From: a virus
Taxonomy: Duplodnaviria; Caudoviricetes
Virus record (IMG/VR): IMGVR_UViG_3300042894_000686
Span: 1 to 33,684 of that record
Reading direction: 5' to 3' (one strand)
Length of the DNA stretch: 33,684 bases
Part shown: in pieces, positions 18,074 through 26,546 of the stretch
Layout: each line of letters opens with the position of its first letter
How positions within the stretch are numbered: position 1 is the stretch's first letter
Made by a program: the position numbers and the translations under genes
The notes under the pieces: generated by a model
What the model saw: the letters and a program-made list of their open reading frames with translations, nothing else
Database searches by the model: none
What the model was told of the DNA's origin: nothing

Positions 18074-18268
18074 TTATTCTGATTTAAATGTATTATTAAA
18101 ATAATCCATTGGAATAACATCGGTTAAACCTTCATGATAAGCGTTTTTGATCTGATCCATTTCCATTAATTTTGCCGTTGAACAAATGTTCATTTTTTCA
18201 TCATGATTCAAAGTATTCCAATCTGTTTTGTATAATTGTTCCTCCAACCATTCGACCGCAGTTTTCAT
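18074..18268 (-). CDS. Small phage protein, 'TAVEWL...AK.ME..QI..AY' type
   Basis: 64 aa, similar to 21512..21739, ATGA overlap. Confidence 0.75.
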   Translation of the reverse strand: MKTAVEWLEEQLYKTDWNTLNHDEKMNICSTAKLMEMDQIKNAYHEGLTDVIPMDYFNNTFKSE

Positions 18269-18720
18269 AAATCGTATTTTTGAAGATTATATAAATCTAT
18301 TATTTTACCGATTTCAATCCAATAATTTCCGGCACCATATCCTCGGCAATTATTAATCCAATACGATGCCGGTTTACCAATTGCATGATCATAATATTGA
18401 TTCAAAAAAATGGCATGATCGATATATGAATCAATTGAATTATCATATGCACGGTATGAATTATATGATTTTCCTGGCCAATTTTTATATGCCTTAATAC
18501 CAAAATGATTGTTTGATTTTTTGGCAACATTTGATCGACCACCACCGGATTCGGCAATGGCTTGTGCAATCTGTATTGATGCCGGTATTCCACATTCAAT
18601 TTGTATTTGATTTGCAATTGATATATGTTGATTGATATAATTTTTGTATGTATTATTAACCGGATTAAATGCCGTACATAATACGAATATCGGTATCAGT
18701 TTAATTTTAAAAAATTTCAT
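18265..18720 (-). CDS. GH73 glucosaminidase-domain protein, short and divergent
   Basis: GIPASIQIAQAIAESGGG, NNHFGIK, YRAY.N..DSY.DHA.FL. Signal-like N-terminus. YATD motif absent. Confidence 0.82.
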   Translation of the reverse strand: MKFFKIKLIPIFVLCTAFNPVNNTYKNYINQHISIANQIQIECGIPASIQIAQAIAESGGGRSNVAKKSNNHFGIKAYKNWPGKSYNSYRAYDNSIDSYIDHAIFLNQYYDHAIGKPASYWINNCRGYGAGNYWIEIGKIIDLYNLQKYDL

Positions 18721-18723
18721 AAT

Positions 18724-18972
18724 CTAATAAATTAAATCATTACAAAAAATTGGTGTTTTTTCACCTACATATGCGGATTCAATATTGAAATAATAATATT
18801 CAATTGCATCATCATATGACATATGAATCATCAATAATTGAATAATTTTTGATACTGAATAAATTAATTTTAATGAATTTTCTTCAAAACCGATTATTGC
18901 ATCATCAAAATCATTTGCTATTAAAAATAATTCATCCGGATATTTTTCAAATATTTTATTTATCATATTCAT
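18724..18972 (-). CDS. Conserved hypothetical phage protein
   Basis: 'A.DFDDAIIG...IYS..KII..L..M.YDDAIEYY.FNI..AYVGEKTPIF' pattern familiar from environmental phages. Confidence 0.78.
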   Translation of the reverse strand: MNMINKIFEKYPDELFLIANDFDDAIIGFEENSLKLIYSVSKIIQLLMIHMSYDDAIEYYYFNIESAYVGEKTPIFCNDLIY

Positions 18973-19606
18973 GTAAACGGTATTTTTTGATGATTTTAAT
19001 TAGTTTTTCCGGATATTTTTTGTCGGTTGCATAACCGCATTTTTTTAAACCATACGACCATTCAACATAATTTTTACCATATTTTTTCAATGATTTGTAT
19101 CGATCCGATGTCAATAATATTGAATGTTCACGATATGATTCTTTTGCTGAATTAAAAACTCGGAACATATCATCCGGATCATCATCATGGTAATTTACAC
19201 ATTTACCGGTATAATTTGATTTACATTTGATACCGAAATGATTGTTGTATTTACGTGATAATTCCGATTTACCAATGTTTGATTCGAGTAATCCTTGTGC
19301 CAATGTAATGGATGCCGGAATACCATATTTTTTCATTTCATTGATTGCAATTGATTTATATTTGTTAATATAATCATCAACGTTTTTTGGCAATTTTTGA
19401 ACGTTTATTGATTCAAATTTTGTCGGTATTATTGATACTGTTTTTGGTTCTTTATTGTACGGTTCAATTACTGATAAACATTTTGTTGTGTCAATATCAA
19501 TTGGTATTGAATGATATGATGGTGTTAATGGATCAACCGATCTTGGTTGACATAATACCCAAATGACAATTAAAAAAATTGCTGAATAAATGATGTTGTG
19601 TTTCAT
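18956..19606 (-). CDS. GH73 glucosaminidase (FlgJ-like) with N-terminal signal/anchor
   Basis: YGIPASITLAQGLLES, NNHFGIKC, FRVF.SAKESYREHS, GYATDKKY. Hydrophobic N-terminus. Confidence 0.9.
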   Translation of the reverse strand: MKHNIIYSAIFLIVIWVLCQPRSVDPLTPSYHSIPIDIDTTKCLSVIEPYNKEPKTVSIIPTKFESINVQKLPKNVDDYINKYKSIAINEMKKYGIPASITLAQGLLESNIGKSELSRKYNNHFGIKCKSNYTGKCVNYHDDDPDDMFRVFNSAKESYREHSILLTSDRYKSLKKYGKNYVEWSYGLKKCGYATDKKYPEKLIKIIKKYRLHEYDK

Positions 19607-19625
19607 GTTGTTGTTATTTAATGTT

Positions 19626-19664
19626 AAAAAAAATTGGCCGGAATAACAAAAATATCATCCGGCC
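19626..19664 (-). terminator. Putative hairpin / terminator
   Basis: GGCCGGA (19636-19642) / TCCGGCC (19658-19664) with a downstream U tract. The loop is long. Confidence 0.4.
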
Positions 19665-19671
19665 TGGATAA

Positions 19672-20148
19672 TTATAATTCGTAAAATCTTACAATTTCGG
19701 TTTTTACATTGGCATTAAATTCATCTTTACGGCATTGATGTATTGGTATTTCAATTGGTTTTCTTTTGTCAATTGATGATTGTATTTTTCTACGTGATAC
19801 ACCAAAAAATCTCATTGCAGACATTACCGAATCAAACAACGTGTATGTTTCATCATAAAAAACACATTTGATACGTTTGTTTGGTTTTGGTAATTTACCG
19901 TGTAATTTCATCATTTCACGTTGATTTTCGACATATTTTTTTACCGATTCCTCAGTAACTAAACGTGATACAACAATGTTTTTTAACTCGACAAAATCAC
20001 CGTTTTCATTTCTTACAAAAACATCCGGTTTTGCTTCAACGATTTTACCTAATTTTATTAATCCAATCAAACGTGTATTTGCATAATTTGGATTTTTTGG
20101 TTGTTTAACCTTAATTTTTTTTAATGCCTGGTCAAATGTTAGATACAT
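19672..20148 (-). CDS. Basic putative DNA-binding protein (C-terminal NUMOD1-like HTH)
   Basis: 'FDSVMSAMRFFGVSRRKIQSSI' resembles the NUMOD1 HTH. Lys/Arg-rich. Confidence 0.55.
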   Translation of the reverse strand: MYLTFDQALKKIKVKQPKNPNYANTRLIGLIKLGKIVEAKPDVFVRNENGDFVELKNIVVSRLVTEESVKKYVENQREMMKLHGKLPKPNKRIKCVFYDETYTLFDSVMSAMRFFGVSRRKIQSSIDKRKPIEIPIHQCRKDEFNANVKTEIVRFYEL

Positions 20149-20154
20149 AATATT

Positions 20155-21012
20155 TTATATTAGTTTATGTAATTTCATTGCACGTATCAAACGAGTTATA
20201 CCGATTCCGGCACCATAACGTGGAACAAAATCATTTTTTAGAAATTCATTCAATTCAGATATTACACGATCATAACCGAATAAATCAATTATTTTTTCGG
20301 AATATTTACCGTTTTCAATCGTGAAAAATGTTTTTCTCATTAAATTTTTATCACATGATCTTTGTGCTGATCCGATTGTTTCCTGGCCGTATAATAAAAC
20401 ATCAATTTTATTTGCAATGCCGTGATCATTACGTTCCATATTCCAAAATGGATTTGTACGTTCCGGAAAATATTGCAATGATATATTGTGACCGTATTTT
20501 TTGTACAATTCGGTTTCATGATCACCGGTAATAATATCGGTACCAAATTCCAAACATGCATCCTCATAAAAAATAATATAAGGATTTCCAAATCCTAAAA
20601 ATTGCAATAATTCAGATTCCAATTTTTGAAGATCAAAAATATCACCAAATGATTCAAATTCGAACATTGGAAATATTTTGCAATGCCTTCCGGATACCGG
20701 ATTTTTTTCATTACGATATGATGTTGATAAACAAAACCAACCATTTGCCAATTCGTTTTTATCTGAATTTAATAACTCATGTTCCAACCACATTTGACCC
20801 GTTTGTGGTAACGGCCAATTTTTATTTTCATAGTTGAATGTACCAATATTAAATGGATCCTCACATGCGGCCAAAATCGACAATCTGTTTTGTGTATGTA
20901 CTTCCAAAAATCCTTTGTTGGTGAAAAATTCACGTAATTTTTGTGTCACATATGTAAAATCGTAATTGTCGATATGTGGATAAAATTCAGATGATAAACT
21001 GTGTTTTTTCAT
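20155..21012 (-). CDS. Stand-alone class IIb aminoacyl-tRNA synthetase catalytic domain (Asp/Asn/Lys type), no anticodon-binding domain
   Basis: Motif 1 LREFFTNKGFLEVHT, motif 2 SYRNE...RH..FPMFEFE, ETIGSAQR, motif 3 PRYGAGIGITRLI. Only 285 aa. Confidence 0.88.
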   Translation of the reverse strand: MKKHSLSSEFYPHIDNYDFTYVTQKLREFFTNKGFLEVHTQNRLSILAACEDPFNIGTFNYENKNWPLPQTGQMWLEHELLNSDKNELANGWFCLSTSYRNEKNPVSGRHCKIFPMFEFESFGDIFDLQKLESELLQFLGFGNPYIIFYEDACLEFGTDIITGDHETELYKKYGHNISLQYFPERTNPFWNMERNDHGIANKIDVLLYGQETIGSAQRSCDKNLMRKTFFTIENGKYSEKIIDLFGYDRVISELNEFLKNDFVPRYGAGIGITRLIRAMKLHKLI

Positions 21013-21028
21013 TATATTTTAATAGTTT

Positions 21029-21053
21029 AAAAAAAACCACCGTTTCCGGTGGC
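21029..21053 (-). terminator. Rho-independent terminator-like hairpin upstream of the aaRS-like gene
   Basis: On the minus strand GCCACCG-GAAA-CGGTGGT followed by a T tract. GNRA loop. Confidence 0.7.
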
Positions 21054-21103
21054 TAAAATGGAATAACAACAACAATGTAAATATAAAATTAAAATATTAT
21101 ATT

Positions 21104-21487
21104 TTATTCATGTTCGACATTTTTTTCTATTTCCTCATAAACTAATTTTGATGATAGATCAGTAACGGCATTTAAAAAATCCGGTAATTTATGATCCGGA
21201 ATTGCACATGCCAACATGAATAATTTTTGCATCATAACGACATGATCATAAACAATGTATTCGGTTTCGGTTTTTGTCAATGCCTTGTTGTCGGTTAATC
21301 TGAATGATTTTGAAATGATATTATTGGCAAATGTTTTAATATTGCTAAATCGATTTCTTGTATTAAATTTTATTTCCGGATCATCCAAAATATTTTCAGA
21401 TGCATAATCTAATGCATAAAGAGAACAAAGAATCAACCATTGATTTATTTTATGATCTTTTTTTTTGATAGAAAATTCGTGTTTCAT
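21104..21487 (-). CDS. Hypothetical protein
   Basis: 127 aa helical ORF in the operon. Confidence 0.7.
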   Translation of the reverse strand: MKHEFSIKKKDHKINQWLILCSLYALDYASENILDDPEIKFNTRNRFSNIKTFANNIISKSFRLTDNKALTKTETEYIVYDHVVMMQKLFMLACAIPDHKLPDFLNAVTDLSSKLVYEEIEKNVEHE

Positions 21488-21511
21488 GTTTAAAATTATT
21501 GAGTAAAAAAA

Positions 21512-21739
21512 TTATTTTATAGGATAAAAATGTTTGTAATTTATTGTATAATAAAAATCAGCATCTTGATCTGAAATACAATTTATTCCAGATTTATAAG
21601 CATCAATTATCTGTTGTTTTTCCATTTCTTTGGCTTGTTGTATTAGTGAATCTAATTGTTGCCATTCTATTTTACAAAATTCTGGGTCTCCATATGATTC
21701 TAATTCTTTTCCTAACCATTCTAATGCAGTTTGTTTCAT
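21512..21739 (-). CDS. Small phage protein, 'QTALEWL...AKEMEKQQIIDAY' type
   Basis: 75 aa, similar to 18074..18268. Confidence 0.75.
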   Translation of the reverse strand: MKQTALEWLGKELESYGDPEFCKIEWQQLDSLIQQAKEMEKQQIIDAYKSGINCISDQDADFYYTINYKHFYPIK

Positions 21740-21743
21740 GTTT

Positions 21744-24380
21744 TTACTTTTTAAAAATTTCTGTTAATGGAATCAATATTGCCGGTGAATAATTACCGAC
21801 TGAATAATATGTATTATTTTTTCTGAATGCACCTTTTATCCTGGATAATACTTGTGCATAATTTTTTGCCCATGGTGTACCTCTTAATGATGCATTTACA
21901 AATGTTGATGTTGTACTAATTGCAAGATTTTCTCCTTCAACTTTGATTCCAATACGTTTTAAATGTGGATCAACATATGTAAATTTCAATGGTTCTGCTA
22001 AAATCGAATTATCAACAATTTCAATCAATTCACCAATTGTACGTGTATGCATTCCATATTCGGTTTCAACCTTTGTTTGAACTGTTAAAATATGTTGCAA
22101 ACAACGTACTTCATCAGATTGTACATTAATACCTTGTTCATTGGAAAAATCAAATTTTTTGACAATTTGTATTGCATGTTCTAATGTTGGACAATCATCT
22201 GATGCCAAATGATATGCACCACCAATTAATGCACCTAATTGATCACCCATTGCACGATTTGACAATGTTGTCGTTATTGCTTGTGTAAAAATGCCAATTG
22301 TTTTTAACAAATTAGGTAATAAATTGATAATCCTGGCATGAAATCGTTTTACATAATCATCGGATGCATAATCATTATATTCTAATGAAACGGATTCAAA
22401 TTCCTCATTTGTAATACCACCTTTTTTTAATTCAAGATTTGTAATCCTTCGAACATCGGAACCTAATGTCGCTTGTGGCACAATAGAACAAAATGCAAAA
22501 CATGATCTTATTGTGTATGTTTTGGCACCATTACCGGTACCTTTTGCAATCAATCCACCATCCGATGATGATGCCGCTCTCATTAATTGCAATACACGTT
22601 GTATTTGATTTTGTGCAATTTCGTTTTCACCTTCGGCTTCATCAAATAAAACATTCAATGCATCATTTCCTAAATATTCACGTAATCCGGCCTCGGATGT
22701 GTTACCTTGTACCGATACTGAAATACCTTTTGTAAAACGTTGCAATACTTCCTTATTAATCCATGATTTTCCGGATCCGGCACCACCGGTAATCCAAATA
22801 TGTGGCCTCCAATTTAAAACACCACAAACCGGTGCCAATGCCAACCATCCGGCTAATAATGTGGCATCGATTTCACGTTCCCATGATAATGATTGTAAGG
22901 TATCTAATAGCTTTTTGGATTCATGTTTTTTTAACGGATTTTTAAAATTCAGATTCAATGGTTCACCCAATTCATAAATATATTCCGTGTCAATTTCACC
23001 TAAATTATAACTCTGTGAATCCACAATTAAACAATCACCATTATGTATCACAATACGATTTCTATCAATCCATGCACCACGGCCTCGAATTTTGTTTAAA
23101 TTAAAATAACCACGTGAATTGCCCAAATCAATCAAATATTGAACGGCCGAATCAATATTAAAACTATTTGATTTTTCTTTTGGAAATGATATATTCCAAA
23201 ATTCCATTGGAGCCAATGCAAAAAGATTATTTTTTGACATTTTGGCCGGTGATAATTTTATAATTGTTCGTGATCCGATTGAGTAAAAATGAAATGATTG
23301 TACACCATCATCATTTTTCATAAATCCTAATGGCATAAAATGTTTTGAATAATGCATCGTTTCACGTTGTTTCGTGACAACCGGATTTAATGTTACATTA
23401 CTCGGTTTTTGTTGTTTCCAATCATTCCAAATTCCAAAATCACTTACATATCGTTTATAAGGATATTCAATACAATTTGTTTTGACATCAACTCCCAATG
23501 TCGATGTGGCATAATTGTATGCATCGGATTCGGATATACCCATCCGGTTTAAAACAATTGAAAACATTGTCAAAAAATTATGATAATTTCCTGGTAAACA
23601 TGAACCGGTTTTATTTTCGGCATATTTCAATGCAATTTTGTATGGATCCGAATCAGTATTTGAAATCGTGATAATTTCATTAGACATTTGTTTTTTATCC
23701 GATGCAATCAAATACATTTCCAATGCCTTAATTGGAATTTCTTTGGCATCGTAATTGACAAAAATGTTATCATCATAACTTAAATATCTCAATCGTTTAA
23801 TATCCTTGGATGATCCGGATTTGATTTTAAATTCGTTTTCCAAATTTTCACTAAAAAAATCAAAATATGCCGTGTGCAATTTAGATTTATAATCATCAAT
23901 TTTTAATTGCAATCGATTGATTAAATAATCAGATACATCAGAAAAATCATTCGGAATATCAACCAAAATATTGATCCACATCGATCCATTATATTTTCCG
24001 GATATTGAATGTGCTGATGCCTCAATGTATGGTATTTTGTTTGATTTTATCAAATCATAAAATTTATCCAAATCATGTTTTGGATTTTGATCAATGTCGA
24101 TATTAATCCGGCCGGTATGCAAAACATATTGTTGATTTTCGATATTTGTTGACCTATCAAAACATCCGGAAAAAACCACGGCCGGTAATGATTTTTTATC
24201 GTGTTGATATGTTGATTTATCATATCCATTAAAATCGGCCTGGATGCCGGTAATATGTTTTTGTTGGATGTTTTCTGTTATTTTTTTTAACTCCAATTCT
24301 GTTATTTTGACATATACATCCATTATGTCAATTTGAATCGGTTTATTTTCAAAAATATTTGAATAATAATTGCAATACAT
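21744..24380 (-). CDS. Primase-helicase fusion (BT4734/VirE-N-like primase plus C-terminal P-loop helicase)
   Basis: N-terminal KKSLPAVVFSGCF...HTGRINIDID...SISG...KDIKRLRYLSYD. C-terminal Walker A GGAGSGKS and Walker B VLFDEAE. Confidence 0.82.
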   Translation of the reverse strand: MYCNYYSNIFENKPIQIDIMDVYVKITELELKKITENIQQKHITGIQADFNGYDKSTYQHDKKSLPAVVFSGCFDRSTNIENQQYVLHTGRINIDIDQNPKHDLDKFYDLIKSNKIPYIEASAHSISGKYNGSMWINILVDIPNDFSDVSDYLINRLQLKIDDYKSKLHTAYFDFFSENLENEFKIKSGSSKDIKRLRYLSYDDNIFVNYDAKEIPIKALEMYLIASDKKQMSNEIITISNTDSDPYKIALKYAENKTGSCLPGNYHNFLTMFSIVLNRMGISESDAYNYATSTLGVDVKTNCIEYPYKRYVSDFGIWNDWKQQKPSNVTLNPVVTKQRETMHYSKHFMPLGFMKNDDGVQSFHFYSIGSRTIIKLSPAKMSKNNLFALAPMEFWNISFPKEKSNSFNIDSAVQYLIDLGNSRGYFNLNKIRGRGAWIDRNRIVIHNGDCLIVDSQSYNLGEIDTEYIYELGEPLNLNFKNPLKKHESKKLLDTLQSLSWEREIDATLLAGWLALAPVCGVLNWRPHIWITGGAGSGKSWINKEVLQRFTKGISVSVQGNTSEAGLREYLGNDALNVLFDEAEGENEIAQNQIQRVLQLMRAASSSDGGLIAKGTGNGAKTYTIRSCFAFCSIVPQATLGSDVRRITNLELKKGGITNEEFESVSLEYNDYASDDYVKRFHARIINLLPNLLKTIGIFTQAITTTLSNRAMGDQLGALIGGAYHLASDDCPTLEHAIQIVKKFDFSNEQGINVQSDEVRCLQHILTVQTKVETEYGMHTRTIGELIEIVDNSILAEPLKFTYVDPHLKRIGIKVEGENLAISTTSTFVNASLRGTPWAKNYAQVLSRIKGAFRKNNTYYSVGNYSPAILIPLTEIFKK

Positions 24381-24420
24381 ATTGTTGTTGTTTTTGTTGT
24401 GGATTCCAAAAATAAAATAA

Positions 24421-24807
24421 TTATTTTATATTATCAAACAAATTATTTAAATCATCAACCGATCTTAAAACTGATGCAATACCACCAAATCGATTTACTG
24501 TTTCAATAAAATTTGTTTGTTCTTTGCTGATTTTACCGGCTTGTGTTTTTATTTCCAATGCAGTAAATATGGCAATTTTTTTACCAACCATTTCCGGTGT
24601 AATATCGATTGATGTCCAACCAATAAGATCAGATGATCCGACACATAATCCGGAATGTAATGGTCGTGCATTTTCAATAATAATGGCACCGGATTTTGTT
24701 CGGCCGGTTTTACCGATCCAACCGGTTCCAACATTATTTCGGAACATGCGAACATTTTCCGGTAAATTCAATCGAATTTCGTTTTGTATGTTTAACTCTT
24801 TATTCAT
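24421..24807 (-). CDS. VRR-NUC domain nuclease
   Basis: E..IQ.EIR, FRNNVG, GSSDLIG, ALEIKT..GK.SKEQ.NFI. Start set at ATG 24807. Confidence 0.88.
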   Translation of the reverse strand: MNKELNIQNEIRLNLPENVRMFRNNVGTGWIGKTGRTKSGAIIIENARPLHSGLCVGSSDLIGWTSIDITPEMVGKKIAIFTALEIKTQAGKISKEQTNFIETVNRFGGIASVLRSVDDLNNLFDNIK

Positions 24808-25033
24808 TATCAATTGCAACTTTTACCTCATTCCAATACATATAAAAATCAAATAAATCATTTTGATTAACATATCTAAACTGATATTTTAATATATTAT
24901 CAACCATTGTATGTGTACATTCTTTTGCTATATGTGTACATAATATTTCATTGCCACATTCGGAATCGGATTTCATTAAAATGATTCTAAAATCATCAAT
25001 TATTGTTTTTGCCATTTGTATTGGATCAGACAT
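24800..25033 (-). CDS. Hypothetical protein
   Basis: 77 aa, ends 'YWNEVK.AI', tiled in the operon. Confidence 0.72.
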   Translation of the reverse strand: MSDPIQMAKTIIDDFRIILMKSDSECGNEILCTHIAKECTHTMVDNILKYQFRYVNQNDLFDFYMYWNEVKVAIDNE

Positions 25034-25036
25034 TAT

Positions 25037-25486
25037 TTATTTTTTTAATAATAGTGAAATAACTTTTTTATGTGCATCGATGTTGTTTTCAAAATATGTA
25101 TTTGAAATTAACGAATCGTGTATCATTACACCATGCCGTTCAATATGATAAGACCATCCTCGTTTTGGATGATTTACCAATTCGACATAATATTTTTTTC
25201 CGGATACAACAATCATGTTGTGATATGTATATTGGTTTTCGATGCCGATATGATACAATGCATATTCAACATTGCCACATTTTAATTTTGGCCGATTGCA
25301 AGTAAAATTTGATGAAAAAATCGACAAATTTTTGTTTTCATTTTCATCCTGGTTGTTTTTTGATTCCATTAGTTTTTGTAATGCAATATCGTATTCATTA
25401 TAAATTCCAACATAAAAATATTGATTATTTTTTCTAAATTGTACGATATATTTATTTAATCGGTTGCTGAATGTTATTCCTTGCAT
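25037..25486 (-). CDS. Protein with N-terminal AP2-like DNA-binding domain
   Basis: GITF....KYIVQFRKN...YVGIY.EYDIA fits the AP2 three-strand-plus-helix pattern. Confidence 0.55.
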   Translation of the reverse strand: MQGITFSNRLNKYIVQFRKNNQYFYVGIYNEYDIALQKLMESKNNQDENENKNLSIFSSNFTCNRPKLKCGNVEYALYHIGIENQYTYHNMIVVSGKKYYVELVNHPKRGWSYHIERHGVMIHDSLISNTYFENNIDAHKKVISLLLKK

Positions 25487-25487
25487 T

Positions 25488-26543
25488 TTATTTCATATAG
25501 TTTAAAATGTGACAAATAATATCAATTGTCCAACCGTTTCCAATCATCTTATACCTTTGTGAATCTGAAACATGATTCGTGTAATTGTCTTTTACTGTTT
25601 GTAATCTTTCCCATTCAATTGGTGTTAATCTTCTGATATACTCATTATCATAATTTTCATAATTATCACCATGATCACATGTTTCGCACATAAAACCAAA
25701 ATTCATACATGTATAAAATCCATATTTACAATTTGCAATAAATACCATATTATCTGTTGGACAAATACGTGCATTTGCCCTCAAACAATTTGCTTTATCA
25801 TAAATATCTTTTACTTTAAATGCAAAACCGGTTCCTTTATCATTATGTCTTATTGCATGTCTTTCAAATGCTTCTGTTAATTTTAAACTGATATTATATT
25901 TTTTATCAACATCATTTTGTAAAATATCTTTTAATAATAATTTTTTATCTTTTGGTTGTTTAATAACACTAAACATATCATTAAATAATCCTCCTGGTTG
26001 CATTCCAATATTTGTCCAATAAATACGTTTTCTATTTTGTGCTGATACTAATGATGAATTCATATGAATACCATTAACATCAATAGCCTTACTTAAAACC
26101 TTTTCCCACTTTTCACCCATTTCTACATTTTCAAGTAAAAAAAATATATTTGGATTTTTAACTCTTAACTCATTTAATAATCTCATATATTCCCAAAACA
26201 AATAAGATTCACCTTCAAATTCATAACCTTCAGATTTTAATTCTAAATAATGTTTTAAGGTATATATTTCAATATTATCTTTTGTTGACATTGCTTTACG
26301 TTTACCTACAAATGAAAATGATTGACATGGTGATCCACCTAATAATAAATCTATTTTTGGCAAATCATATCCATTAACGTTAACAACTGATCCTAATTGA
26401 ATAGTATTTGGATAATTAGCCATAGTAACTTTTATAGCATATTTATCAATTTCAGATGCAAAATAATTATCAACATTAAATTCACATCTTTCCAATGCTT
26501 GTTGACCACATGACATTCCGTCAAATAAACTTAATACATTCAT
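25488..26543 (-). CDS. DNA cytosine-C5 methyltransferase
   Basis: Motif I LSLFDG, motif IV GSPCQ, motif VI ENV, motif VIII QNRKRIYW, motifs IX-X RRLTP.E.ERLQ...YKMIGNGW. Confidence 0.93.
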   Translation of the reverse strand: MNVLSLFDGMSCGQQALERCEFNVDNYFASEIDKYAIKVTMANYPNTIQLGSVVNVNGYDLPKIDLLLGGSPCQSFSFVGKRKAMSTKDNIEIYTLKHYLELKSEGYEFEGESYLFWEYMRLLNELRVKNPNIFFLLENVEMGEKWEKVLSKAIDVNGIHMNSSLVSAQNRKRIYWTNIGMQPGGLFNDMFSVIKQPKDKKLLLKDILQNDVDKKYNISLKLTEAFERHAIRHNDKGTGFAFKVKDIYDKANCLRANARICPTDNMVFIANCKYGFYTCMNFGFMCETCDHGDNYENYDNEYIRRLTPIEWERLQTVKDNYTNHVSDSQRYKMIGNGWTIDIICHILNYMK

Positions 26544-26546
26544 TAT

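Noticed and set aside
20155-21012. Functional asparaginyl-tRNA synthetase (asnS)
   Set aside because: No anticodon-binding domain, and no upstream frame that could supply one.
19672-25486. Homing endonucleases suggested by NUMOD1-like and AP2-like domains
   Set aside because: No HNH or GIY-YIG catalytic motif is visible in either protein, and no interrupted host gene was found.
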